Below are positions 19,065-28,736 of a stretch of 64,000 bases of DNA, one piece after another. This DNA comes from Candidatus Merdisoma merdipullorum. GTDB taxonomy: Bacteria; Bacillota; Clostridia; Lachnospirales; Lachnospiraceae. The first letter of the stretch is position 1. Each line of letters opens with the position of its first letter. The DNA lies in contig DVLE01000082.1 of the NCBI GenBank assembly GCA_018715645.1, positions 38,391 to 102,390 of the forward strand, written 5' to 3'. The translations under genes were made by a program, and so were the position numbers. The notes under the pieces are model-generated. The model did not search any database and was not told the DNA's origin. It saw only the letters and a list, made by a program, of their open reading frames with translations.

Positions 19065-20030
19065 ATGGGTGTTGAGAATCTGCGCAGCGTAATGCACATT
19101 GATCCGAAGAAGAATGTATTGTATTCTATTCCGGACAGCGACAACCACGGAGACCTTCTGATACGTCCCCAGGGAAGCCGCATGATCAATGAACTGGGGG
19201 ACACTATTTATGTAAAAGATGCTTTTGTTCCCTATCATGATCACACAAAAGGATATGAGACTTTTTTGATCGACGGAGGCTCTGCCGAGGTCTGTATCAA
19301 CAAAAAGAAGTGTATTATCGAGAGGGGAGATATTGTACATATCCGGCCTTATGTCAATCACGGTTATCACTATCTTGAGGAAAATACTATCTGGCGCGAA
19401 ATGTTTCAGGATATGGACATGTACAACTGTGTGGAGGATAAGCACGTGATCCGCACTTACAGTCCGGAATACTGGGGCGAGAAGGAATTTATGGACAGAA
19501 GGTACAGCCTTTTGGGTACCCTGTACCGTGACGATCCGGTTCCGGAGGAGGCGAGCAAATACGATATACCTGCCGTACGTCCGAAGGGCTGGGCCATTGC
19601 AGGTTTTGAGATGGGCGGTATGAAGCTGAATCTGAAGGTTGGACGCTGGGAGACAGAAGGAATGAAGGAAATCTGGGAGATTCTTCCTGAAAAGGGAGTC
19701 CAGATTGAGTGGAATTATCCTTATGCAGGAAACGACGTTTACCTGGTGATGGAAGGTTCTGTTCACGTTCAGGCGGATGGCCATGATTTTGTAGCGAAAA
19801 AGCGGGACATTATCAATGTGCCTCCATATTATAAGCATACCTTTACGGTGCTGGAAGAAGGAACACAGCTTTACGCCTATAATGTGCAGTCGTATCTGAT
19901 GCACATCATGGAGCGCCTTCATGCGGACCAGGTGCGTACGCCGGAAAAACTGAAGGACTGGGACTACGTACAGGCGATCCTGCGTGAAAACAACTGCTGG
20001 GTAACAGGAATCAGAAAAGTAAACGTGTAA
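19065..20030 (+). CDS. Bicupin (two cupin domains) protein A
   Basis: PYHDHTKGYETF...GDIVHIRPYVNHGY (metal-binding cupin) and a second barrel VYLVMEGSV...DIINVPPYYKHTF. Confidence 0.8.
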   Translation: MGVENLRSVMHIDPKKNVLYSIPDSDNHGDLLIRPQGSRMINELGDTIYVKDAFVPYHDHTKGYETFLIDGGSAEVCINKKKCIIERGDIVHIRPYVNHGYHYLEENTIWREMFQDMDMYNCVEDKHVIRTYSPEYWGEKEFMDRRYSLLGTLYRDDPVPEEASKYDIPAVRPKGWAIAGFEMGGMKLNLKVGRWETEGMKEIWEILPEKGVQIEWNYPYAGNDVYLVMEGSVHVQADGHDFVAKKRDIINVPPYYKHTFTVLEEGTQLYAYNVQSYLMHIMERLHADQVRTPEKLKDWDYVQAILRENNCWVTGIRKVNV

Positions 20031-20043
20031 AGGATGGAAGGAT

Positions 20044-20988
20044 ATGTTTGACAATAAAATACATATTACGCCGGAAGATTATATTCATGATCTTACGGAG
20101 AAGGATTGCAAGGATTATCTGTTCATAGCCCCGGTAGGAGAGCTGCTGAACAATGAAATGAGCGACGTGTATTATCAGAAGGATGCGTTTGTACCATATC
20201 ATGAGCATCAGAAGGGGTACGAGACTTTCTGTATCGACAGAGGAAGCGTAGAGGTAACCATCAATGGAAAGCGCGCCGTTGCTGAAGCCGGCGACATCGT
20301 TCATATCGAGCCTTATACCTCCCATGGTTTTCGCTATCTGGAGGAGGGAACCATCTGGAGAGAGCTGTTTCATGAGATGAATATGTACGGCGGTATCATG
20401 GAAAAGAGACTGATTGAGAGAAGCTGTCCGGAAAAGCTGGAGGACGACGTATTTATGGCTCAGTACCGCCGCAGACATCACACCATTCGTCTTGGAGAGC
20501 CTGAGCCTGAACTGGTGGACAAGCATCAGATGCCTCAGATCCGTCCGAAAGGAGAGGGGATCGCCCGGTTTGAGTTTGAGGGAATCCGCTGCAGCCAGAA
20601 GGTAGGAAGGCACGAGACCGGAGGAGTGAAGGAGATCTGGGAGTTTGAGGCAGATAAGGGAATCTGCGCTGAGTGGAGCTGCCTTCATCCGGGCTGGGAT
20701 CTGTATGTGGTGAAGGAAGGAAGCATGGAGGTTACGGTCCTGGGCGAGACCTTTACTGCAAAGGCCAGGGATATTCTGCATTTCCCGCCTTATACGGGAT
20801 ATACAATGAAGGTTCTGGAAGCAGGAACCGTGATTCATGCAAATAACGTGGGAGCCATAGGACTTCGTCTGGCTGAGATTGTGGAGAAGAAGCTGCAGGG
20901 AGATCTGGATCTGGCAAAGAACTGGGAGCAGGTGAAAGAAATCTTTGAGCAGAATCACAGCTATCTTGTGAAAATTTGCAAAGCCTGA
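20044..20988 (+). CDS. Bicupin protein B (paralogue of A)
   Basis: PYHEHQKGYETF...GDIVHIEPYTSHGF; shares KDAFVPYH, EEGTIWRELF, KVGRHET..KEIWE with protein A. Confidence 0.8.
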   Translation: MFDNKIHITPEDYIHDLTEKDCKDYLFIAPVGELLNNEMSDVYYQKDAFVPYHEHQKGYETFCIDRGSVEVTINGKRAVAEAGDIVHIEPYTSHGFRYLEEGTIWRELFHEMNMYGGIMEKRLIERSCPEKLEDDVFMAQYRRRHHTIRLGEPEPELVDKHQMPQIRPKGEGIARFEFEGIRCSQKVGRHETGGVKEIWEFEADKGICAEWSCLHPGWDLYVVKEGSMEVTVLGETFTAKARDILHFPPYTGYTMKVLEAGTVIHANNVGAIGLRLAEIVEKKLQGDLDLAKNWEQVKEIFEQNHSYLVKICKA

Positions 20989-21045
20989 GGATGAAGAACC
21001 GGGGTGTTGTACTTCGGATACAGGGAAAGGAAAAGAGGAAGTTAT

Positions 21046-21975
21046 ATGGCGAAATATGTTACAAAACGGCTGTTGCTTTTGATCCCAATCCTGTTGGGTG
21101 TGAGCTTTATCATTTTTACGATTATGAATATGATACCAGGGGACGTAGCCTCCCTGATACTGGGAGACACGGCGCCTCAGTCCGCAAAGAACGAACTGAT
21201 GGCGGAGCTGGGCTTAAACCGTCCGTTCTGGATCAGGTATATTGATTATGTCTGGGACGCCCTCCATGGGGATTTTGGTCTCTCCTACCGGACAAGAACT
21301 CCGGTGTTTGACGAAATTTTCGCCCGTTTTCCGACCACATTTAAACTGGCCGCGGGCGCGATGCTTCTGTCTGTGGCCATTGGCGTGCCGCTGGGAATCC
21401 TGTCTGCAGTGAAGCAGTATTCCGCTCTTGACGTGATCAATTCGGTTACGGCAATGTTTGTTTCTTCCATTCCTGCCTTTTGGCTGGGATTGCTGTCTAT
21501 TCTTTTGTTTGCGCTGAAGCTGGGCTGGCTTCCTTCCAATGGAGCAGACACGGCGCAGAGTTTTATTCTGCCTATTGTGACGCTGTCGCTTCCAGGAGCG
21601 GCGGAGATCCTAAGGCTTACGCGATCGACGATGCTGGAAGTCATCCGGCAGGATTATATCCGCACAGCCAAAGCGAAGGGAGCTTCCAATGCGGCAGTGA
21701 TCTGGAAGCATGCGCTGAAGAATGCCCTGCTTCCTGTCATCACAGTGGCAGGCATGCATTTTGGAGCGCTGCTTGGCGGTTCTGTGATTACGGAATCCGT
21801 ATTTGCGATGCCGGGGGTGGGAACTTTGGCTATCGACGCGATTCGGAGCAAGGACACTCCTCAAGTAATGGCGGCGGTTCTTCTGCTTGCGACGCTGTTC
21901 TGTGTGATTATGCTGATCGTGGATTTGCTGTACGCGTTTATCGATCCGCGGATTCGTTCGAGATACAGTAAGTAA
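21046..21975 (+). CDS. Dpp/Opp/Nik-type ABC permease (DppB-like)
   Basis: HGDFGLSY, IPAFWLG, RSTMLEVIRQDYIRTAKAKG, LYAFIDPRI. Confidence 0.92.
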   Translation: MAKYVTKRLLLLIPILLGVSFIIFTIMNMIPGDVASLILGDTAPQSAKNELMAELGLNRPFWIRYIDYVWDALHGDFGLSYRTRTPVFDEIFARFPTTFKLAAGAMLLSVAIGVPLGILSAVKQYSALDVINSVTAMFVSSIPAFWLGLLSILLFALKLGWLPSNGADTAQSFILPIVTLSLPGAAEILRLTRSTMLEVIRQDYIRTAKAKGASNAAVIWKHALKNALLPVITVAGMHFGALLGGSVITESVFAMPGVGTLAIDAIRSKDTPQVMAAVLLLATLFCVIMLIVDLLYAFIDPRIRSRYSK

Positions 21976-21988
21976 GGAGCAGAGAAAG

Positions 21989-22870
21989 ATGAGTAGAAAT
22001 ACGGTGCAAACGACAGTGAAAAAGAAAAGCCAGGCCTATGAGATCTGGAGAAGATTCCGGAAAAACAAAGCTGCCATGCTGGGCCTTATCATCTTTAGCA
22101 TCATGGTGCTTCTGGCTATTTTCGCAGACGTGATCTGCGACTATGACACCCAGGTAATCGCGCAGGATATGGAGATCAGACTTCAGCCTCCAAGCGCGGA
22201 GCACTGGTTCGGAACAGACCTGTACGGGCGGGACATTTTCGCCCGCGTCGTTCACGGAGCGAGAATTTCCATTATCATTGGACTTGTGGCGACGGCCGGC
22301 AGCGTGCTGATAAGCGGAATTCTGGGTTCCGTGGCAGGCTATTACGGCGGCCGCGTGGATAATATCATTATGCGTGTGCTGGATATGTTTCTGGCGATTC
22401 CCGGAGAGCTGCTTGCCATGGCAATCGTGGCTTCTCTTGGCTCCAGCATGACGAACCTTCTGATTGCTGTAACTATTGCCAGGATCCCGCCGTTTACGCG
22501 GGTGGTGCGTTCCTCAATTCTGACGGTGATCGATCAGGATTACATAGAATCCGCGGTGGCCAGCGGATCGAAGGATTCTTACATTATTCTGAAACATGTG
22601 CTTCCGAATGCCATGGGACCGATTATTATTCAGGCTACCATGGGTGTGGGAAGAATGATCCTGACGGCGGCAGGCATGAGCTTTATCGGAATGGGCGTAC
22701 AGCCGCCGGTTCCGGAGTGGGGTTCCATGCTGGCGGAGGGAAGGGATTTCATGCGCTATTCCCCTTATATTACGCTGTTTCCGGGACTGGCAATTATCCT
22801 GACCTCTCTTTCGCTGAATCTGCTGGGCGATGGACTTCGGGATGCGCTTGATCCTAAGCTGAAGAATTAG
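21989..22870 (+). CDS. Dpp/Opp/Nik-type ABC permease (DppC-like)
   Basis: PSAEHWFGTDLYGRDIFARVVHGARIS, PEWGSML, NLLGDGLRDALDPK. Confidence 0.93.
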   Translation: MSRNTVQTTVKKKSQAYEIWRRFRKNKAAMLGLIIFSIMVLLAIFADVICDYDTQVIAQDMEIRLQPPSAEHWFGTDLYGRDIFARVVHGARISIIIGLVATAGSVLISGILGSVAGYYGGRVDNIIMRVLDMFLAIPGELLAMAIVASLGSSMTNLLIAVTIARIPPFTRVVRSSILTVIDQDYIESAVASGSKDSYIILKHVLPNAMGPIIIQATMGVGRMILTAAGMSFIGMGVQPPVPEWGSMLAEGRDFMRYSPYITLFPGLAIILTSLSLNLLGDGLRDALDPKLKN

Positions 22871-22881
22871 GGGGGACGTGT

Positions 22882-23422
22882 ATGTCTGACACATTACTGG
22901 AAATCAAAGATTTAAATATTGTATATAAGACGGATGAGGAGACTGTCCATGCGGTGAATGGAATCCGCCTCCGGGTAGGTACGAAGGAGACGCTGGGGCT
23001 GGTAGGCGAAACCGGAGCAGGAAAGACGACGACAGCTCTGGCAATCATGCGGCTTTTGCCGGACAGAATCGGCAAGATAGAAGGAGGAGAGATTCTCTTT
23101 GACGGAAAGAACCTTCTGGAATTGAAGGAGAATGAAATGCGGGGCATCCGCGGTCAGGAGATCGCGATGATCTTTCAGGATCCGATGACCAGCCTGAATC
23201 CTGTGCTGACTGTGGAAGATCAGATCCTTGAAGTTTTGAAGATCCACAATCACAGCAACCAGAGCAAGGAAGAGCTGGGAAAGCGTGTCGAGGAAATGCT
23301 TGAGCTTGTAGGAATCCCTGCCGTTCGTAAGAGCTGTTATCCTCATGAATTTTCAGGAGGAATGAAGCAGAGAGTGGTGATTGCCATGGCCCTGGCCTGC
23401 AATCCCAGACTGCTGATTGCGG
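22882..23422 (+). pseudogene. DppD-like ABC ATPase, truncated at Walker B
   Basis: GETGAGKT, FQDPMTSLNP and FSGGMKQR present; homology stops at RLLIA (expected LLIADEPT) and the ORF runs into an unrelated tail ending at 23526. Confidence 0.8.
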
Positions 23423-24001
23423 CTGACCGACCAGACGCTGCCGAATCCGGGAGCAGACGCGGTGGATACTCCGGAATACGATCCGGAAGGAGCAAAGGCC
23501 CTTCTGGCGGAGGCTGGCTATCCTGACGGTTTCTCTACGACGATCTATGTAAGAGAGGACTACACGAAGAAGATCGGCAGCATCATTCAGAGCCAGTGGA
23601 AAGAGATTGGCGTGGACGCTGAGGTTCAGGTAATGGAGCGCGCGGCTCTGCTGTCTGACATTAAGGCAGGCAACCTTACCTGCTATACGGTTGGAAACGT
23701 AAGCATGACGCTGGATTCCACCTTCCTTCTTGGAACCCTGACTACCTCCAATATTCCGGATTCCAACATGACCTTCTACTCCAATCCGGAGTATGACGCG
23801 ATTGTAGAGCAGCAGGCGAATACGGACGACGAGGCGGAGCGTCTGGAGCTGGTAACGCAGGCGCTGAATATCGAGGCCCGCGACGTGCCGAGAATCAATC
23901 TGTTCTACATGGTATCCAATATCGCGCACAACAAAGATCTGAACTGTAAGGTCTGTGCGGCCCTGGAGAGCTACAACTGGTCTGAATGGTCCTGGAACTA
24001 A
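23417..24001 (+). pseudogene. C-terminal fragment of a DppA/family-5 substrate-binding protein
   Basis: YDPEGAKALLAEAGYPDGF, IQSQWKEIGV, YSNPEYDAIV...DEAER; no signal peptide, RBS or N-terminal ~60%. Confidence 0.8.
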
Positions 24002-24067
24002 GAAAACGGACAGACATGGACGTCTCTCTTGTAAGAGACGATGAAGGATAACAGAATACTGAAAATG

Positions 24068-24111
24068 AGATACGCCTTTTGGAATCCGAAAAATCCAAAA
24101 GGCGTATTTTT
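24068..24111. terminator. Bidirectional intrinsic terminator
   Basis: ATACGCCTTTTGGA/TCCAAAAGGCGTAT 14-bp stem; T-run on + strand, CTCATTTT on - strand. Confidence 0.8.
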
Positions 24112-24207
24112 ACAGCGCCAGCCGCCGCGTGTTCACGGGATAATTAAGTGTGAGACCGGACACCGGCGATACGGGCGAACCGCACTCCTCCCCGGAACTG
24201 GCGCTGC
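24112..24207 (-). ncRNA. Candidate stand-alone structured small RNA (family not recognised)
   Basis: TTGTCA(24240-24235)-17 bp-TATAAT(24217-24212) on - strand; ends pair as GCAGCGCCAG/CUGGCGCUGU; internal hairpins; followed by the terminator. Confidence 0.65.
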
Positions 24208-24292
24208 ATTTATTATACTGCGCTTCCTCTTCGTTGACAAGGGGAGATGGCGCCTCTGCCGACGCAGAATGTGGATTATGTCTGATAAAAAA

Positions 24293-24321
24293 TTGACTGA
24301 ATTTCTGATCATTGGTATTAT
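24293..24321 (+). promoter_or_regulatory. sigma-A promoter of the response regulator operon
   Basis: TTGACT-17 bp-TATTAT with extended TG. Confidence 0.6.
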
Positions 24322-24416
24322 GTTAGAAGATGAATTTAGACGGCCGGAGGCAGTCATATCCCCACAGGAGAGCGTCCGGGCAGTAATTCCGAAAAAGCAG
24401 GAGGAAGAAGGAAAGC

Positions 24417-26015
24417 ATGTATACAATAGTCATCGCAGATGATGAGACAGAGCTTCGGCAGGCGCTGATCCGAAGAATTGACTGGGAAAGCGTAGGCTTT
24501 CAGGTAGTCGGAGAGGCGGAGAACGGAATCGAGGCTCTGGAACTGGTCGGAAAGCTGGAGCCGGATCTGCTTTTGACAGATGTGCGGATGCCGTTTATGT
24601 CCGGGATTGAGCTGGCCAGAGAGGTAAGAGAGATACGTCCTACGATGCAGATCGCGTTTTTAAGCGGCTTTGATGACTTTACCTACGCGCAGCAGGCGAT
24701 TCAGTATAATATTATCAGTTATATGCTGAAGCCGATTTCTTCGGAGGAGCTGACTGAGGAGCTTCGGAAGATAAAGAAAAAAATAGACGAGCGTTTTGAG
24801 GAATTTACGGAGCAGAGAGAGGAGAAGGAGCAGCAGAACCTCGCGCGTTTTCTGATGCCGCTCTTGCTGGACTCCTTCCAGAACGGAGCGGATGCCGCAA
24901 GAGAGAAGGCTCTGGAGGATGAAGCCGTGCGCCTGGGCTTTTTGAAAAATGCAGGGAGCGCTATTCATTATACGGTGCTTGTGACTAGCTTCATGGACAA
25001 AACTGGGAATAACTGTACGGATGAGACCAGCGCCGGGGCCGTACATCAGGTGGTGAGCCGGTATCTGCGTCACGCGGGTTTTTTCTGCAACGGCCGGGTG
25101 GTTTCCCTGTTGGCGGCCACTCAGGGAGCGTTGGATAAATACTTGCACATCATCGTAGAAGACATTGTACAAAGTGTGCAGAGAATCCTTGGCCTTTCGG
25201 CTGTGATCGGCGTCAGCAGGAGCGCCTCTGCACTGACGCACTGCCATGAGGCTTACGTGGAGGCTGTGAACGCCGCGAGCTATTCCAGGAGCAGTGGTGG
25301 CGGCGTGTACTTTATCTCCGACATCGAACGCGTGAAGACCTTTGATCAGGAGACGGTTCAGACGGCCGTCGGAGAGCTGGAGAATCTGGTCCGGAGCGGG
25401 ACGGCAGAGGAGCTGGAGGATTGTCTGAAGAACTATTTTCGCAAAATGGAGCTGGAGGAGGCTTCGCCTGCCATCATACAGCTTTTTTCCGTGCAGTTAT
25501 CCGCCGCCGTGTTCCGGGTGGTGTATGCGGTAGCCGACACGGAGGCTGCCAGAAGCTTTCAGCAGGAAATGCCGATGCAGAACCAGCAGCTTTTTGAGGA
25601 TGTATATGCAATGGAAGGGGCTTATCTGGAATTTTGTCTGGCAGCCAGAGAGCTCGTTTCAGAGTACAGACAGAAAAGCGGTTCCATTATCTGCGATAAG
25701 GCTCTTGCGCTGATTGAGAGCCGTTATATGGATCCGGGTCTTTCTCTTTTGGCGATCAGCACGGAGATTTCCGTCAGTCCCAATTATCTGAGCGCGCTGA
25801 TCAAGCGTTCTACAGGAAGCACCTTCGTGGATCTTCTGACACGCAAGCGGATCGAGACGGCCAAAAGGATGCTTCTTGGCACGCCGATGAAGATTCGGGA
25901 GATTGCCGAGAAATGCGGATACAACGATCAGCACTATTTCAGCTATTGTTTTAAGAAATACGAGGGAATTTCCCCGAATGCATGCAGGAGACAGCATGAA
26001 GAACAGAGGGCTTAA
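24417..26015 (+). CDS. YesN-like response regulator (REC + AraC HTH)
   Basis: IADDE, DLLLTDVRMP, YMLKP; C-terminal SPNYLSALIK...IAEKCGYNDQHYFSYCFKKYEGISP. Confidence 0.93.
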   Translation: MYTIVIADDETELRQALIRRIDWESVGFQVVGEAENGIEALELVGKLEPDLLLTDVRMPFMSGIELAREVREIRPTMQIAFLSGFDDFTYAQQAIQYNIISYMLKPISSEELTEELRKIKKKIDERFEEFTEQREEKEQQNLARFLMPLLLDSFQNGADAAREKALEDEAVRLGFLKNAGSAIHYTVLVTSFMDKTGNNCTDETSAGAVHQVVSRYLRHAGFFCNGRVVSLLAATQGALDKYLHIIVEDIVQSVQRILGLSAVIGVSRSASALTHCHEAYVEAVNAASYSRSSGGGVYFISDIERVKTFDQETVQTAVGELENLVRSGTAEELEDCLKNYFRKMELEEASPAIIQLFSVQLSAAVFRVVYAVADTEAARSFQQEMPMQNQQLFEDVYAMEGAYLEFCLAARELVSEYRQKSGSIICDKALALIESRYMDPGLSLLAISTEISVSPNYLSALIKRSTGSTFVDLLTRKRIETAKRMLLGTPMKIREIAEKCGYNDQHYFSYCFKKYEGISPNACRRQHEEQRA

Positions 26016-27699
26016 AAAGATAATTTCATTATCCGGAGTCATGACGGCCGTGGTGGTCGGTCTCGTACTGATTATTCTGGTTTCAGTTCTGATATTTTTT
26101 GTTCAGCTTTATGATGATTCCATCGAACAGAACTCGGTAATCAGCAGCGAGCAGGCGGCCCGGCAGGTTTTGAATACGGTAGAGAATTATACGGGCGACA
26201 TGGCGGATACCATGGAACTCATCGCAGAGTATATTGTGAAGTCCGGAGAGGAAAAAGAGGATTTTTTTGAGAGTTTTCTGGAAATCCGTTCAGACGTGGC
26301 GGCGATCACCACGTATGACGCAGAGGGAAGACTTCTGGACTGCTGGGCGGGAGAGCGGGAGCTGAAGGAGAATTATCTGCGCAATCTGTCTTATGCGGAG
26401 ATCCCGGAGGAGGCAGGACTGCATATTTCCAAACCGCATGTGGAATCCTTGCTGGAGGATTATTATCCCTGGGTGGTTACGATTTCTCAGAAAATGCGAA
26501 ATGAAAACGGACAGGAGATACAGGTGTTCATGGACATCCGGTTTTCCAATATTGCAGACTATGTGGACGACGTGGGAATCGGCCAGCACGGCTACTGCTT
26601 TATCCAGGATACGGATGGTGATCTGGTCTATCATCCCCAGCAGCAGCTTATCTATGCGGGGCTTTCGGAGGAGGAGGAGAAGCTTCAGGAACTGGCAGAT
26701 GGTTCCTATATCCGTTCCAATGTGATCTACACGATACAAAGTCTTGACAACTGCAACTGGCGCGTCGTGGCCGTGAGCTATGTGGATGAGCTGATCACCA
26801 GCAGGGTAGAGCGGATGATTCGGATCTGCGTGATCCTTCTGCTTCTGATGCTGTTAACGGCGATTGTGGCGGGAAGTCTGTTTTCCTGGGTATTTGCAAA
26901 GCCTGCGAAGCGTCTCACAAGCGCTATGGGAGACTTTGAGAAAAACGCGGCGAATTTCCGTTTTGAGCCGGTGGAAGGAACCAGTGAGATTACGGCTCTG
27001 TCTTCATCCTTCGGCCATATGGTGCTGCGGATTCAGCAGTTGATGGAGCAGGTGCGCCAGGAGGAGATTTCGCTGCGCAAAACGGAGCTGAAAGCGCTGC
27101 AGGCTCAGATTAATCCGCATTTTCTTTACAATACCCTGGATTCCATTGCCTGGATGTGCGAGGAGGAGAGGACGAAAGAGGCTGTGGAGATGATCAATGC
27201 CCTGGCCCGCCTTTTCCGTATCAGCATCAGCAAGGGGCATGAACTGATCCCTCTGGAAAAAGAGATCGAACACGCAAAAAGCTATCTGAAGATTCAGAAT
27301 TATCGCTACAAGAACCAGTTTACCTATCATTTTGATGTGGAAGAAAGCTGTCTGCCGTATTTCTGCAATAAGATTACCCTGCAGCCAATCATTGAGAACG
27401 CCATCTATCACGGAATAGACCGCATGGTAGATGAAGGGCATATCGAGATACGGGTCCGAGAGGAAGAACAGGCGGTTGTCATGACGGTCGAGGACAACGG
27501 CATCGGCATGACGCAGGAGCAGTGCGTGGAGATTCTTCAGAAAGAGCCGGGAGATCGGACGGGCATCGGAATCAAAAATGTAAACGACAGGATTCAGATA
27601 TATTTCGGAGAGAGCTATGGGCTTCGGATTACCAGTGAGCCGGATGTGGGCACCTGTGTGGAAATCCGGATTCCGAAGCTTAAGGAGGAGAGACAATGA
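25996..27699 (+). CDS. YesM/LytS-like sensor histidine kinase (Cache domain)
   Basis: Two TM segments, LKALQAQINPHFLYNTLDSI, LQPIIENAIYHG, VEDNGIG, GIGIKNV; ATG 25996 after AGGAG. Confidence 0.93.
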   Translation: MKNRGLKKIISLSGVMTAVVVGLVLIILVSVLIFFVQLYDDSIEQNSVISSEQAARQVLNTVENYTGDMADTMELIAEYIVKSGEEKEDFFESFLEIRSDVAAITTYDAEGRLLDCWAGERELKENYLRNLSYAEIPEEAGLHISKPHVESLLEDYYPWVVTISQKMRNENGQEIQVFMDIRFSNIADYVDDVGIGQHGYCFIQDTDGDLVYHPQQQLIYAGLSEEEEKLQELADGSYIRSNVIYTIQSLDNCNWRVVAVSYVDELITSRVERMIRICVILLLLMLLTAIVAGSLFSWVFAKPAKRLTSAMGDFEKNAANFRFEPVEGTSEITALSSSFGHMVLRIQQLMEQVRQEEISLRKTELKALQAQINPHFLYNTLDSIAWMCEEERTKEAVEMINALARLFRISISKGHELIPLEKEIEHAKSYLKIQNYRYKNQFTYHFDVEESCLPYFCNKITLQPIIENAIYHGIDRMVDEGHIEIRVREEEQAVVMTVEDNGIGMTQEQCVEILQKEPGDRTGIGIKNVNDRIQIYFGESYGLRITSEPDVGTCVEIRIPKLKEERQ

Positions 27700-28718
27700 G
27701 TGCGGACGGAAAAACTCACAGGTGGAAAAGGCGTATTCTGGGAGCCCTGGGGGTATTGCTTCTGGCTGCCTGTTATTTTGTGGGAATACGCTATATTGTC
27801 CGGAATCTGACGGTAAACGAGGCAGAGGCAGGAGAGAGCGGAAGACATTATGTGGCGCTGGTAGCCAAGTCCACGACCTCGGCCTTCTGGAAGTCCGTAT
27901 TCGCCGGCGCAAACGCAGCGGGGACGGAGTATAATCTGGATCTGACGTTTTGCGGGCCGGAAAATGAAGAAGATTACGAGACACAGAACAAGATGATTGC
28001 TGAAGTGGTGGAAGATGGAGCGGAGGTCATAGTCTTCTCATCTGTGGATTATGAGGCGAACGCGGCGGCTATAGACGCGGCGGCAGCCCAGGGTGTAAAG
28101 ATTGTGAGTATCGACAGCGATGTGGACAGTACGGCCGTGAGCTGCCGGATCAGTACGGATAATTACGAGGCGGGACAGATGGCCGGCCAGGTCATTCTGG
28201 ACAGCGGACCGGAGGACATGAAAGTAGGAATCGTCAACTTTGATAAAAATTCCGCCAACGGACAGCAGAGAGAAGAAGGACTCCGCGAGGTCCTGGCCGG
28301 GGATTCCAGAGCGGAGATTGTGGCCGCCATAAACGTGCTTTCCACAACGGAGGACGCTTGGGAAGGTACGAAGCAGATGCTTCTTGAGCATCCGGAAATC
28401 AATGTGATCGCCACCTTCAACGAGTGGACCAGCCTCGGCGTAGGCTATGCCATCGAGGAGCTGGCGCTGGGAGAGGAGACCTTTGTGGTAGCCTTCGACA
28501 GCAATGTGGTCTCTGTGGGAATGCTGGAGACCGGAGAAGTAGACGCCCTGATTGTCCAGAATCCCTTTGCCATGGGGTATCTGGGGGTGGAGTGCGCCTA
28601 CAATCTGATCAACGGAACAGATATTGGGGAGACCGAGGTGGATACGGCCACGACTGTGATTACGCGGGAAAATATGTTTGAGGAAGAAAGCCAGAAGGTG
28701 CTGTTTACCTTCGATTAA
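27696..28718 (+). CDS. Membrane-anchored sugar-binding protein (periplasmic binding fold I), probably sensory
   Basis: N-terminal hydrophobic anchor, KSTTSAFWKSV, STDNYEAG, VVAFD, VQNPFAMGY; ATGA overlap with kinase. Confidence 0.85.
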   Translation: MSADGKTHRWKRRILGALGVLLLAACYFVGIRYIVRNLTVNEAEAGESGRHYVALVAKSTTSAFWKSVFAGANAAGTEYNLDLTFCGPENEEDYETQNKMIAEVVEDGAEVIVFSSVDYEANAAAIDAAAAQGVKIVSIDSDVDSTAVSCRISTDNYEAGQMAGQVILDSGPEDMKVGIVNFDKNSANGQQREEGLREVLAGDSRAEIVAAINVLSTTEDAWEGTKQMLLEHPEINVIATFNEWTSLGVGYAIEELALGEETFVVAFDSNVVSVGMLETGEVDALIVQNPFAMGYLGVECAYNLINGTDIGETEVDTATTVITRENMFEEESQKVLFTFD

Positions 28719-28736
28719 GCGGAGCGCTCCAGCCCG

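Noticed and set aside
22882-24001. Programmed frameshift producing an ATPase-binding protein fusion
   Set aside because: No slippery sequence; both parts are incomplete domains from opposite sides of the membrane, so deletion is the simpler explanation
24112-24207. Identification as tRNA, SRP RNA or 6S RNA
   Set aside because: No cloverleaf or CCA end, GGUUCG is not in a 7-nt T-loop, no SRP domain IV motif, too short for typical 6S
24041-24442. 133-aa ORF (and antisense 24133-24426)
   Set aside because: Runs through a terminator, a candidate RNA and two promoters; no protein-like features
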